64,000 nucleotides of DNA. Origin: Bugula neritina (Eukaryota; Animalia; Bryozoa). The position numbers and the translations under genes were made by a program. Below the pieces are notes generated by a model. It was given only the letters and a program-made list of their open reading frames with translations. It was not told the DNA's origin and ran no database searches. Shown here one piece after another: positions 26,077-39,151 of this stretch (its first letter is position 1; the number at the start of each line of letters is the position of its first letter). The DNA is taken from the NCBI GenBank assembly GCA_964035545.1, contig OZ037768.1, positions 15,607,875 through 15,671,874 on the forward strand, given 5' to 3'.

Positions 26077-26545
26077 CCTGATATTATAATATGATCAAGA
26101 TAGATGGGGGTGGAGAGAAAGATCATTGGTAAACAACCTTGACAGCCAAGAATATTCCATCTTGCCAGCTTGTCGCTGCAACTGAGACTGAGTGTAGGAT
26201 CACCTCTGCCCGGTTTAGTGCGCAGAACCTCTGTGACGTGATAGCTACTGCCGGGGGTCCGACTATCTTGTGGACACCCTTGCACACATTTAGCACCAGT
26301 TCTATACAAGTCAAAGTCATTGCTTGGCAACTCCTGTGTCTTTGAAATAGAGTCACTATTGCAACTGACTTGGGTCACTTCAATAGCAGCAGAATCATCT
26401 TGCTTAAATCTTTTGGCACTAAGACAAGCCTGGCTATCCGGAGTGTAGGTCGGCTGACCTTCTAATTCAATAGAAGTATTGTTTTTCCTTTTCATCTCAG
26501 GGTGTATGTCCTGAGGCTGTCGGGGAAATATGGAAGCATCACCAC
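26077..26545 (-). CDS. ADAT1: ADAT1 exon 5
   Basis: (C)GDASIF, RTGAKCV and [30 protein letters not shown] motifs; CTAG acceptor, GTATGT donor, 469 nt. Confidence 0.95.
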
Positions 26546-27368
26546 CTAGCATATAAAAGGTATTCACCAGGTAACAAGCACAGATATGATGTAAAGTAAT
26601 TTTATTGACAGTCTTGCTGTGGTTTATCTAATCCTATTTCATAAGTAGAGATGGTACAGAGAATGAAAAATAGGAAAAATTAAATTATCTATAGACCAAA
26701 AATAAAAGTAATAAAACAAGTCAGCATACTAATGCATAGTCGATTATATTTTACACTCTACTAGAATTATCACAACAAAACTCCAAGTAAATGATTTAGT
26801 ATATGTATTTGTATATTGATCTAAATTAAAAAAAAACTGTTTAATGTCTCATAGACCTATTGAACTTAACAAGTTTCATCAGTGCGTCTCCATGTGCTAA
26901 AAAGACATTGCCTGCTCCAAAAAAAATCTATTCAACTAACTATATATTAATGTAGTTTGGCTAAGGTAACTCAAATATCTTGATGGTTGTGGCATTAAGT
27001 CAGTGGTTACCAACCTTTTTCATACTATTCGCCCCTTTCAAAAATGTTGACTAATAATTTCTCCCCTCCTTCGCAAAGCGAAAAAATTTCATGACCGACA
27101 ATGATAATGTATGATACAATGCAATATATTTTGTTCTGTTAAATTTGAAAATAATATAATTATCATAACGGTTATATTACCGTTATTATTATGTTATAAA
27201 ACACAGAGTAGTTTAATTGCTAATGTTGAAGTTGCAGTTGATGCTTTTGTGCCAGCTTGCTTAAGCCTGGCTCTGTTTTTGACCAGGCCATCTCAAGTCA
27301 CTCTGCAGGTTAAGGCAATGTTTCTTCTATTTAAATTGATGAGAAGCCTACCTCACATAGATAGGTGG

Positions 27369-27746
27369 TGTTATATTTTTGCTCTTGTGGGGTTTCAGTG
27401 TATAATCAATTTAGCACATTGCTTGTAATCCAATCAATCTCACAGTTGGATTTACGAGATAATAGATAAGTATATTTATACAAACAGATATACAATGAAA
27501 CTCTACATTCACTCTGACAATTTACAACAATTCAGTAAATGTTTCTAGTTTGCCTGCCTACTAACAACTGACTAATCGCGGAAACTACTGTCCTCAATGC
27601 ATAACATACGACTCTTTTCATTGGAGGGTTTGTCATGATCAGGTCATCTCTCTACGCACCACGCAATGACCCTTCAGTACCTTTAAAAGGGAATTAATAC
27701 TTTCCCCTTTTCTATTATAATCGTAGTCCATCGAGCCACCACAACA
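27369..27746 (-). mobile_element. Solo LTR inserted in the hAT transposase
   Basis: TGTT...AACA ends; 5-bp TSD GGTGG/GGTGC; removing it restores VLVPS-T-TYLCEVGFS. Confidence 0.7.
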
Positions 27747-27799
27747 GGTGCTGGAGGGCACCAAAACTCTGCTTTGTCAGCTATGTGTGGAAAGAAATT

Positions 27800-28025
27800 G
27801 ATAATTGAAAGATAATTGAAAGAAAGATAATTGCAATTCAGAATAATTTTAAGTACAAATGGCACAGATAATAATGGCACAAATAGAAAAGTGGGTAAAA
27901 ATAGCACACTGATGTTAAACAAACTCAAACCCAAATCCCTATTTCCTAATATTAAAAATGTGCCAATTTTACTTACTTTTCCATATGTGCCATAATTACC
28001 TGTGCCATTTTCACTGGACACCACC
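27800..28025. mobile_element. Small non-autonomous element with AATGGCACA subterminal inverted repeats
   Basis: Interrupts the hAT transposase frame; an inverted sister copy lies at 39152-39318; boundaries approximate. Confidence 0.55.
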
Positions 28026-29528
28026 CACAATACATCAGTTGGAAAAGATTTCAAATCATCCTTCATTGCTGAATTGTTAACCAGCTCAATAAAAGCCTCT
28101 TGTAATTCCTCTCAAATTATTTCAACAAAGCATTGCAGTGGGTCACATGTCAAGTTAAGAATCTAGCTCTTTTTTTTGGATGTAGCTCAGAGAAATACCG
28201 TTAAAACTTCATTAAGAGTTCTAGTCTAGAAGTAACCTCCTAAAAAGTGCTCAAAAAATTGGCTTATTACACTTTACTAGGTGGCCACTCAAAAAAAGTT
28301 TTTTTGGATTAGAATTTTGTGCTGATTCTGAATCTACAAACTCTAAAATTCTATCTCTATCCAAACTCAAGTTATTGCAAAAAACAAATCGACATTTTGG
28401 ATGGGTGATAAAAAGAAATGTGGATTGTGCAAAACAGTATCCAATTTTATCAAGCTATCTTGAAGAAAAAATATTTGCTGAAATACCAAAAATAATTGCC
28501 TCTTACTTAGAATTCTATGCTGATACTGAATTTAAAGACTGCAATCCTTACATTGACGAACATCAGTGCATGCACTGCATTTGAGACTTCTGACATCCAC
28601 ATCTTGATACGTTGCAGCTGGTCTTACAGGAGCAGTTTAAACTTTGCAATATACATGTTCAGGTGCGGAAGCTTGAATCATCTACTTTATATTTATGCTG
28701 CCATGATTCTCAACAATCCTGTCACAATGTTCTGGGGGTGGTGCATCAATATAGGCTGTTGTCACCCTTCTCCAAATGGCTGCCTGATAATTTGCTCTTT
28801 TCACGTGCAAATTTAATTCATCTTTTGTTGGAGGCAAACTGTATTAAGTTCTTTTAGATGGTGAACAAAATAGTGTATCAGACGGAATCTATATATGACA
28901 GTATCAGACAGTGTATCTATATTGGAATTTCCTGCTCCATAAAGTTTATAGACAAATTGTTCTACTTCAGCCGCGGTAATGGCTTACAGCTTGAAATACC
29001 TCCCGAGGTGTTCAAAGCTTCCCATACATTATGGATATTTTCTCAAAAGAAGGTAGGCTGTGCGCTATTCTTTTCCATAAAAAGCACTATAGTCGAATAA
29101 CTACCCGTTAAAGCATGAAATCTAGTAAGTGCTGCACGCAACTGCGGTCTGGATTTATTTGCTGCAATGTTGGCATCCAACTACCTAATATGATTATTGT
29201 TTCCTCCCAGATAGAAGCTGTTTTTATTTTGTGACCATTTATGTTAATATTACCTATATAACTGTTGAATTGGTTGCTAAATAGCTAATATAAGAATAGC
29301 TATAGTAGCTAACAGGAATTATCTATAATATTCTATTATTTTTACTAATTTGTGTGGGACAAAAAGTAGTAATACATTAATAATAGACACTATTTTTAAT
29401 GGATACTTATTACCAAAATATCTTTTCAAACAACAGGCAAGATGTATAAAATATACAAAATTAATAAGTTAATACAAATCAAAGAAATTTATGTATGTGC
29501 TAAATAACAAGCAATTGATCCAAGTTTA

Positions 29529-29572
<44 letters not shown>

Positions 29573-30924
29573 CAATAATATTAAAATAAGTTGCACATGA
29601 AAATACATTTTACCAAAATAAACAACTAGCGTCTAAGTGGGAAATTTAGCCTAGCCTCTATCTGGGATGACACCATAACTACCACACTTGTGAAAAAATA
29701 TAATTGGTAAGAAGGTAATGTTTTGCAAATAGCGAGACTTAAGATGAAAACATTTGTGTCTTGAGATTTGATTATTACACGTGGGATTATGATGTTCATA
29801 AGATATTTTGCATGTAACAAAGTTTGTGTATCTGCTTCCTAATGATCTAATTGCAAGCATTTGAGTTCTGCTTTCTTAGGAATTCCACCATGTTTGAAAA
29901 ATTGTAGCTGAACGCAATTTTTTTTGGTATGCAACAACTATAATAACAATATCATTCTCTAAAATATTTTTACTCCATGTTTAACACAAAAATGCACCAG
30001 TTTCAAACGCAGCTTGTTCTATTTGCTAATAACAAATTATTATTTTTGAGACAAATAGCACACATAAAAAATGTACATGCCTATGATTTTTGAATAAGAC
30101 AACCCAAGGTCATTTTTTTAATGGGTGGCTCAAATATAACCATATAATATATTTTAAATTATAGGGAAGCTTTAGGGTATTTCTTCTGTAACTATAATTG
30201 AGCTAAATTGACTCTAGAGTCATTATATCAAGATTGGAATATAATGTGGTTTATAGTCTTTAGCAGATAAGCTACAAGCTAACCTGAGGCAATTGGCTAA
30301 CTGTCTTACAAGCATTTGGATTCCCTACCGGATTTCCTACCAGCTTGTACGGCTTGGATATTGGCTATTGTGAGATTGAAAGTAAAAGTAAAGACTGCAC
30401 AAGGGGACTCTTACGCAGACTGTCCAGTAAGTAGGACCTTACATTCCATGGCGCAGTCAGCAGGATCGTAGACAGTCAACAGTGGAGAAGGAGTGAATAG
30501 TGGAGAAGAAATAAAGAGTGGAGCAGAATCAAATAGTGGAGTTTGGAGAAGAATCAAATAGTGGAGAAAAGTGAATAGTGGAGCAGAATCAAATAATAGA
30601 GGGGAGACAAACAGTGGAGAGTAACCATAAAATTATAAAAGTTTATTCGAGATACATTTTGATTTGTGGAGTTTATTTTGTGTTATCAGTAGAGTAAGAG
30701 GTAGTAGTTAGTGGAGTGACATTGAAATTCAAATATTAATATTATTATTCATAATTCGGTTAGAGTATTATATTTGATCAATTCAAATTTAATATTAGGT
30801 TTAAGGATTGACTAAGGGTTATTGAGCCTTCTGATTAAAATTTTAAATTTTATATCACGCTCACATTCAGATCATAATGGCAACTAACACTAGGTTCACC
30901 AACCTCAATCGGTTTCCTAAGTTA

Positions 30925-31371
30925 AGTTGCGTTTATACTTTCACGATTTTCGGTCAAAAATTCAATTTGGCCGGGTTGGAACTTCTCCGAGTTGCATTGC
31001 ATTGTAAAAGCCACTCGTAGAAATTTTTGTACTGTGATAACTTAATCGGCTAATTTTAGAATAGGAGTAATAATTCCTTGTAAACATCGGTATTTAGTTA
31101 TTACTTTGGCGATTAGACAACGTACTTATACGATTATAATTATATAGCCTACGCCTTCTCAATTATCGCTTTTATGCTTTCCGCTTCACTAATTCACGGC
31201 GTTTACAAAGGGCATCAAATAGCTATTATGCGAGTCAAATTTCAATTTCAGAAAGTGAGCAACCGCATCAATATGATTTCAACGAGTTTCAGTTTGACTA
31301 TAAAGGGGTACCCGGACAAGCATTATTAACTCAAACTCGGTACTTTTTTCAGCAGAGGTATAAACGCAACT
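30925..31371. mobile_element. PIF/Harbinger-type MITE
   Basis: 14-bp TIR AGTTGCGTTTATAC; 3-bp TSD TTA; excision restores the gag frame. Confidence 0.85.
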
Positions 31372-31813
31372 TTAGTTTTGAGCTCCAATAATCAGAGTGA
31401 TAGTTTTAAGAATAGGTTGGTAAAATACAACCTGTCAGTTCGATTAGCAACCCTTGAAATGGGTACCGAAATGATGTCCAGTATTGCAGTAAATAGATTT
31501 AGAGGTGAAGCTAAGTTTCTAGCTCTGCTCAATGCCATTGGAGATGAGGGTATTGATTTGTTACAATCTTTAGGATTTGATCTTGAAAGGAATGATGATA
31601 ATGCTCATAATGATGCTTTAAATTTGTTAAAAACAGAAAATGTTCATGTGGCTTGGGTTAAGGCAACAACTTTGTCTCAAACATGTGGCGAAGATGAGTT
31701 AGAGTATTTGCTACGTGTTGAGAAACATAGTAGAAATTTAGAATTTGTTGAAGGGGCTAATGTGGAAGACCTTGGACAAAGGTTTGCTATTAGTATGGCA
31801 GTAGTTGGTTTAA

Positions 31814-33008
31814 AGGATTGCTCTATCTTGTCTAATGAATGGCCATTTAGGTCAAACACACATAATATTGTGTTTTTCTAAGCATGCATTGACAAAAAGC
31901 ATTTGACCAAAGGTAGAAAAAGTTAGTTGAAGTTGAGGGTGTAGATTGGTAACAGCCAAAACGCCGATTTTGAAATGAGCTGGGAAATGTGACGTAACAG
32001 CGCCAGCATTCCTGCTGGTCACGTGACTATACAAATGAATAACTATAGAAATATTGTGGTAAATTTATGTTGTGTGTGTGTCCTTGGTTGCCGAGATCGG
32101 CACTTCGGTCCTCCGAAACACCGATATGCCGATTCTCGGCATATCAGACTACCAAAGTGCCGAGATGCCAATTCGGCATTTCGGATTCCCGAAGTGCCGA
32201 GATGCCAATTCAGCATTTCGGATTCCCGAAGTGCCGTTATTCGGCGTTTCGGGCCTCCGATCTCGGCAAACAAAGGAATGTCTTTGCCCTGTGTGTATAT
32301 AAAAGCCAGCGAGTTTCAGTGTAGATTCAGTCTACTACTGGAGCTCGCTGGACACAGACTACTGGATCATTCGGACTACAATAAAGCTACCTTACCTTTT
32401 ACCTTATTTCTCGCCTTGTTTCTCATAACAAGCATGTAAAGCACTAGTTTCATTCATAACCCACAAAACTATCACAATATGACTGTGAGATGTGATCTTT
32501 CAGCTCGTAATTTGTATATTTATAGAAGTGCAAATGTGAATTATCTCAATCTATAGTTTTTTGACATTTTAAATAACATGTATGTGATAACATTAGGCCA
32601 TATTTTGCTTGTAAACATTAGAAAAAAGCATTGCAAAAACATGCATTCTTTAGGATGAATGCCTGCGATCGATCTAAACTAGGTCAGATTGTGCAATATT
32701 ACGGGCACACCAAATCTGACCTATATAGCTCGCTGTAACTGCTTGAGCGTTATTGGTTGATGTTGTGCTCAGCAACCTTGAATACTAGCGTTATAGTTAG
32801 CACGTGCAGCATAGTTACTGGCATTCACACGTCATGTATTAGGCTATTCTTTTTCATGGCTGAAAATTTTACCTCCCTCAAAATTGGAATTTTGAAAAGC
32901 TGTTTTCTAGGCACATATCCCTTTGCAAAGTCACAATTGTTTGCATACACATTAGATTATAGTTCATAATTATAATGTGATTGTAATAAACTAAGATTGA
33001 GCAATCCT
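31814..33008. mobile_element. Kolobok-type non-autonomous transposon (copy 1, with a solo LTR inside)
   Basis: TIR AGGATTGCTC...GAGCAATCCT; TTAA TSD; near-identical to 56731-57478. Confidence 0.88.
32055..32476 (+). mobile_element. Solo LTR related to the A2 LTR
   Basis: TG...CA; TSD ATAT; absent from the sister Kolobok copy; TATA-R-U5 region homologous to 6881-7064. Confidence 0.92.
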
Positions 33009-34980
33009 TTAAGAGATGAATATCTTAGAAGACAACTTATGCTTAATGAAAATATTACTTGGAAAACGTTGTCTGATATTTTGAAGACTAGGAATATTGC
33101 TAGAGAATCTGCTGCAATGGTTTCTGAGGTTAGATCTAGTAGTTCTAATTTGAATAATAACTTTGCTAACGTTGCTGAAGTTAGAACTAAATCGGATAAA
33201 GTAGGGACTAGAAGGTCATCTCATTATGATAATGATAGACATGAAGGTAGATATAGTTCTATAGATAATAGTCGAGATTATTCTCGCCACAAATCTCCAG
33301 AGTATAGGAGTAGACATAGAGCTAGCAGTAATAGTAGTAGTAGCAGTTCAGACAGTTTATGTTATGTTTGTCATAAATCTGAGCATTTTGCTAGGAATTG
33401 TCCAAAAATAAGATGTTATGCATGTGGAAAACATGCCCACATAGCAAGAGACTGTAGAATGCGTAGGTTTTACAAGGACAAAGATTACTCTAGTAGAAGT
33501 AACTATAGAAGTCAAAGGAGTAGTAGCTCAGATAGAGAATGGTCAGTGGATAGTAAAGATAGTTCTTCTTGGAGATCACCTAGAACTAGAGCTGTCAGCT
33601 CTAGTAAGGTTAGATTTATTGATAGTGAACCATACGATAGAGCTGAAACATGGAAACAGAATCTTAGTGTTCATGATAGAAATATTGAGTTTGTTTTAGA
33701 TACTGGTGCAGATGTGTCCACAATTACTGAAGACACAAGTAAAACATTAGCACTTAAGCTTCACGAAAGTGATAGAGTTTTAAAGAGTGCCGACAACTCC
33801 CAGCTCTCAGTGTTAGGCAAAGCTGAGGTTGTTTTACGAAGCAAGTTTAAGAAAACAGTAACTAACCTGTATGTTATTAAAAGTTCTAAGTCTAATATAC
33901 TAGGTTTGAGGGAATTGAAGAACCATAGTCTGTTAACTGTAGTGAGCACTGAGGCTCAGTTGGTTTCTTTGAGAAATACATTGAAGTAGCAGTAGTGACT
34001 TATAGCACTTAGTTATAGTAAGGGAAATTACCAGTGTGCGACCTAGGTCAAACACCTGGTAAAGCGGATGCACAGGAGGTCCACCTTGGTGGCACAATAT
34101 TAGCCCACCCTGGTGGTGCTAAGGATGATCACTTCGGTGATCAAGTTCACGACCACTCTGGTGGTCAGGTTATTGTCCACTTCGGTGGTCAGGCTAAAGT
34201 CCACTTTGGTGGCAATTTTGGGAACCACTTTGGTGGTAAACCAGACTGTGTATTGTACATAGAGGTTGGTATTTTGTGTTATCAGGCTAATTGGTATTTT
34301 GGTGTTACTGCTCAGCCCAAAAAACCACTCAGTTCCATGCATTACTTTATACTACTAAATTCTTCAAAGGGGAGCATGGAATATTATGTACTCAACTCCA
34401 TGTTTTGCTTTCTATTAAATCCCCAAAAGGAGAGCATGGAATATTAAGTGGTTCATCTCTATATAAGAGAGGGCATGGAATATAATGTGGTTTATAGTCT
34501 TTAGCAGATAAGCTACAAGCTAACCTGAGGCGATTGGCTAACTGCCTTAAAAGCATTCGGATTCCCTACTGGATTTCCTACCAGCTTGTATGGCTTGGAT
34601 ATTGGCTATTGTGAGAGTGAAAGTAAAAGTAAAGACTGCACGAGGGGACTCTTACGCAGACTGTCGAGTAAGTAGGACCTTACATTCCAAAGATAGTATA
34701 AAAATATGCATTTTAACCAATAGCGTTGTTTTAAAAACCAAATTGTTTATTTATATATAGTTCAGCCTAAATTTATTAGCAAAGCTCAATTGCACACATT
34801 TAAAATATTATCTTCCGGAGTCCAGATCAACCGGCTCATGCTTCTCATTACTTTTTTGTAAAAGTATTTATTATAATAAAAATCGTGAAGAAAATCATTA
34901 TCAGACACAGATTTACCTATAATTCGGCTTTTTTATAGCTGATCAATAATAATGTTTGCCTTATAACTAAAAAACCTATT

Positions 34981-37900
34981 TAGTCTAGAAGTAACCTCCA
35001 ATTATCTTTCACTCATTACACTTCAAGGGGTGGCCACGCAATTTTTTTAGAAATAGAAAGTTTGAAGGGTCCTAACTAATCTGTGAAGACTCTAGACTGT
35101 TCTGTGCACCCAGTTAGCCACAAAAGTACTTCAAACTTTTAAAATTTATCAGGAGTTGTTTTCTTTTAACGTTTTTGTGAATCGGCTAAATATTTTGGAA
35201 TTATTCAAGCTAATTTATTTTATATAAGCAATACAAATTTACTGATAATTATAGATATTTTTTTTCACTTTTCTTTTATAAAAACTCACAGTTAGTCACA
35301 AAAACTCTTTAAAATGTTACAGGAGTTGTTTTCCCACAACTTTGTCCAAATCCATTAAATATTATCTTGAAATTATTGAAGCTAGTTTATTATATATACA
35401 AGCAAAAACTTTTGCAGATAATCATAGATGTGTTTTTCACTTCTCTGAGTTTATTTCTAGTGATTTTCTTGTGAAAAAATCTGAAAAAAGTGGATTATAT
35501 GGACGAAAACAAGCAAAGGAATGGGTTTGTTAGTTATAAGGCAAACATTATTATTGATCGGCTATAAAAAAGGCGAATTATAAGTAAAGCTGTGTCTGAT
35601 TAAAATTTTCTTCACCATTTTTATTATAATAACTACTTTTACAAAAAAAGTATTGAGAAGCATGAGCTGGTTGATTTGGACTCCGGAAGATAATATTTTA
35701 AATGAGCTTTGCCAATAAATTTAGGCTGAACTATATATACATAAGCGATTTGGTTTTTAAAACAATGCTATTGGTTAAAATGCATATTTTTATACTATTT
35801 TTATACTATCTTGATATAATGACTATAGAGCCAGTTTATCTCAGTTATAGTTACAGAAGAAATACCCTGAAGCTTTCCTATAATTTTTAATATATATGGT
35901 TATATTTAGGCCGCCCATTAAAAAAATGATCTTGGGCTGCCTCATTCAAAGATCATAGGCATGTACTTTTTTCATGTGTGCCATTTGTTACAAAAATAAT
36001 AATTTCTTATCAGCAAATAAAATAAGCTGAGTTTGAGACTGGTGCATTTTTGTGTGAAACATGGAGTAAAAACATTTTAGAGAACAATATTGTTCTTATA
36101 GTTGATGCATACCAAAAAAAATTGCGTTCAACTACAATTTTACCAAACATGGTGGAATTCCTAAGAAAGCACAACTCAAATGCTTACAATTAGATCATGA
36201 GGAAGCAGATACACAAACTTTGTTACATGCAAAATATCTTATGAACATCATAATCTCACGTGTAATAATCAAATCTCAATCTTTCATCCTAAGTCTCGCT
36301 ATTTGCAAAACATTACCTTCGTGCTAATTATATTTTTCCACGGGTGTGGTAATCATGGTGTCATGCCAGATAGAGGCTAGACTAAATTTCCTACTTAGAC
36401 GCTAGACATTTATTTTGGTAAAATGTATTTTCATGTGCAACTGATTTTAATATTATTGAAGTATATGCATATTTAAATAAACTTGGATCAATTGCTTGTT
36501 ATTTAGCACATAAATAAATTCTTTTGATTTGCATTAACTTATTAATTTTGTATATTATTTTATACATCTTGTCTGTTGTTTGAAAATATATTTTGCTAAT
36601 AAGTAACCATTAAATATTATAGTGTCTATTATTAATGTATTACTATATTAGTATTAGTATTAGTATTAGTATATGTATTAGCTACATATAGTTATTAGCA
36701 TATCAGCAATCAATTCATTAGTTATATAGGTAATATTAATATATATGGTAACAAAATAAAAATAGCGTCTATCTGGGAGAAAACCATAATCATATTAGAT
36801 ATTTGGATGTCAACATTGCAGCAAATAAATCCAAACCGCAGTTGTGTGCAGCACTTGGTAGATTTCATGCTTTAATAGGTTTTTATTCGACTATAGTGCT
36901 TTTTATGGAAAAGGATAGCGCACAGCCTACTCTTTTTTGAGAAAATATCCATAATGTATGGGAAACTTTGAACACCTTGGGAAGTATTTTAAGCTGTAAG
37001 CCATCACAGCGGCTGAAGTAGAACAATTTGTTTATAAGCTTTATGGAGCAGGAAATCCATATATAGATAATGTCTGATACTCTGTATTTCGTTCACCGTC
37101 TAAAATAACTTAATACAGTTTGCCTCCAACAAAAGATGAATTAAATTTGCATGTAAAAAGAGCAGATTATCAGGTAGTCATTTGGAGAAGGTGACAACAG
37201 CCTATATTGATGCACCACCCCCAGAACTTTATGAAAAGATTGTTGAGAATCATGGCAACATAAATATAAAGTAGATGATTCAAGCTTCCGCACCTGAGCA
37301 TGTATATTGCAAAGTTTAAACTGCTCCTGTAAGACTAGCTGCGACATATCAAGATGTGGATGTCAAAAATCTCAAATGCAGTGCATGCACTGATGTTTGT
37401 CAATGTAAGGATTGTCTGAAAAGAAGCTCTATATTGGGGAAGAAGCTGGTGAGACTGATGGCAGTGACAATGATGGCGAGAATACTTTTTCATAATAAAG
37501 CACTATTTTTAGACATTTGTTATACATTTTGCTGCAACCAATTTGATTTTGATAATCTCTCATGCTTTTGTTCCTTTAAATAATTTTACAGAATCTTGTT
37601 GATTTTTGCAGACGTTTAATGGCTACCGACAGACTAGCAAATGGTTCACTTGGGCTGAGCTCAAAAGGTTTCAATATTTATTCATTTCAACATTTATTTT
37701 GTACTATAATTTTATAAATATAGTTTTTTCACACATCAGCATGACTTTGTTTTTATTTTTGTATAACCAGCTTGGTCAAACATGATTATTCTGCATGCTT
37801 ATGTCGCATGCAATATGTCGATTCATAACAAACACATATGTTTATATAAACAACTTGGTTTTAATTTGAGATAGCGTCTTGCAGTCTTTAAATTCAACAT

Positions 37901-38549
37901 CAGCATATAATTCTAAGTAAGAGGCAATTATTTTTGGTCTTTCAGCAAATATTTTTTCTTCAAGATAGCTTGATAAAATTGGATACTATTTTGCACAATC
38001 TACATTTCTTTATATCACCCTTCTAAAACGTTGATTTGTTTTTTGCAATAACTTGAATTTAGGTAGAGATAGAATTCTAAAGTTTGTAGATTCAGAATCA
38101 GCACAAAATTCTGATCTAAAAAACAACTTTTTTTGAGTGGCCATTTAGTGAAATGTAAAGGGCCAATTTTTTGAGCACTTTTTGGGAGGTTACTCCTAGA
38201 CTATATATGTTTATATAAACAACTTGGTTATAATTTGAGATAGCCTCTTGCAGTCTTTAAATTCAGTATCAGCATAGAATTCTAAGTAAGAGGCAATTAT
38301 TTTTGTTATTTCAACAAATATTTTTTCTTCAAGATAGCTTGATAAAATTGGATACTATTTTGCACAATTCACAGATGCCGATTTGTTTTTTGCAATATCT
38401 TGAGTTTGGGTAGAGATAGAATTTTAGTGTTTGTAGATTCAGAATCAGCACAAAATTTTGATCTAGAAACAACTTTTTTTGAGGGGCCACCTAGTAAAGT
38501 GTAATAAGCCAATTTTTTGAGCACTTTTTGGGAGGTTACTTCTAGACTA
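34981..38549 (+). mobile_element. Academ DNA transposon 3 (inner copy, with both ends)
   Basis: TIR TAGTCTAGAAGTAACCTCC; TSD ATT at 34978-34980 and 38550-38552; HEEADT motif at ~36196; CSCKTSC..CGC and CTDVCQCKDC Cys cluster; right end tandemly duplicated. Confidence 0.88.
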
Positions 38550-39151
38550 ATTCCTTTGCTTGTTTTTGTCCATATAGTCCACTTTTTTCAAATGTTTTCA
38601 CAAGAAAATCACTAGAATTAAACTCAGAGAAGTGAAAAACACATCTATGATTATCTGCAAAAGTTTTTGTTTGTATATATAATAAACTAGCTTCAATAAT
38701 TTCAAGATAATATTTAATAAATTTGGACAAAGTTGTGGGGAAACAACTTCTGTAAAATTTTAAAAAGCTTTTGTGACTAACTGGGTGGACAGAAAAATTT
38801 AGAGTTTTTATAACAGAAAAGTGAAAAGAGTATCTATAATTATCAGCAAAATTATTTTGCTTATATAAAATAAATTAGCTTGAATAATTTCAAGATATTT
38901 AGCCGATTCACAAAAATGTTGAGAGAAAACAACACCTGATTAATTTTAAAAGTTTGAAGCGCTTTTGTGGCTAACTGGGTGCACAGAACAGTCTAGAGTT
39001 TTCACAGATTAATTAGGACCCTTAAAACTCTCCATTTCTAAAAAGTTGCGTAGCCACCCCTCGGAGTGTGAAGAGTGAAAGATAATTGGAGGTTACTTCT
39101 AGACTATTCAGAGAGATGTCCAGAAGCTTTTTTGAAAAATGATCTGGAAAA

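Larger units (their letters stand above)
30877..33989 (+). pseudogene. gag: Gag-protease ORF (487 aa once the two insertions are removed)
   Basis: Segments 30877-30924 + 31375-31813 + 33013-33989 join in frame; two CCHC knuckles (CYVCHKSEHFARNC, CYACGKHAHIARDC) and the FVLDTGADVS protease motif. Confidence 0.88.
30235..34689 (+). mobile_element. Non-autonomous LTR retrotransposon C carrying only gag-protease
   Basis: 214-bp LTRs at 30235-30448 and 34476-34689 (TGGAAT...ATTCCA, ~9 mismatches); 5-bp TSD AAGAT; PBS TGGCGCAGTCAGCAGGAT (tRNA-Ser-like) 30449-30466; PPT AAGAGAGGGCA; no RT, RH or IN. Confidence 0.93.
28222..39106 (-). mobile_element. Academ DNA transposon 2 (outer copy)
   Basis: 19-bp TIR TAGTCTAGAAGTAACCTCC at both ends; 3-bp TSD TTC; decayed XPG-like (SQDTNVF) and Cys-rich coding remnants. 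Confidence 0.85.

Noticed and set aside
26077-26545. ADAR (dsRNA deaminase) assignment
   Set aside because: No dsRBD exons seen; the N-terminal LP.KGKP..EWT.LA and RTKPGRGD motifs fit ADAT1
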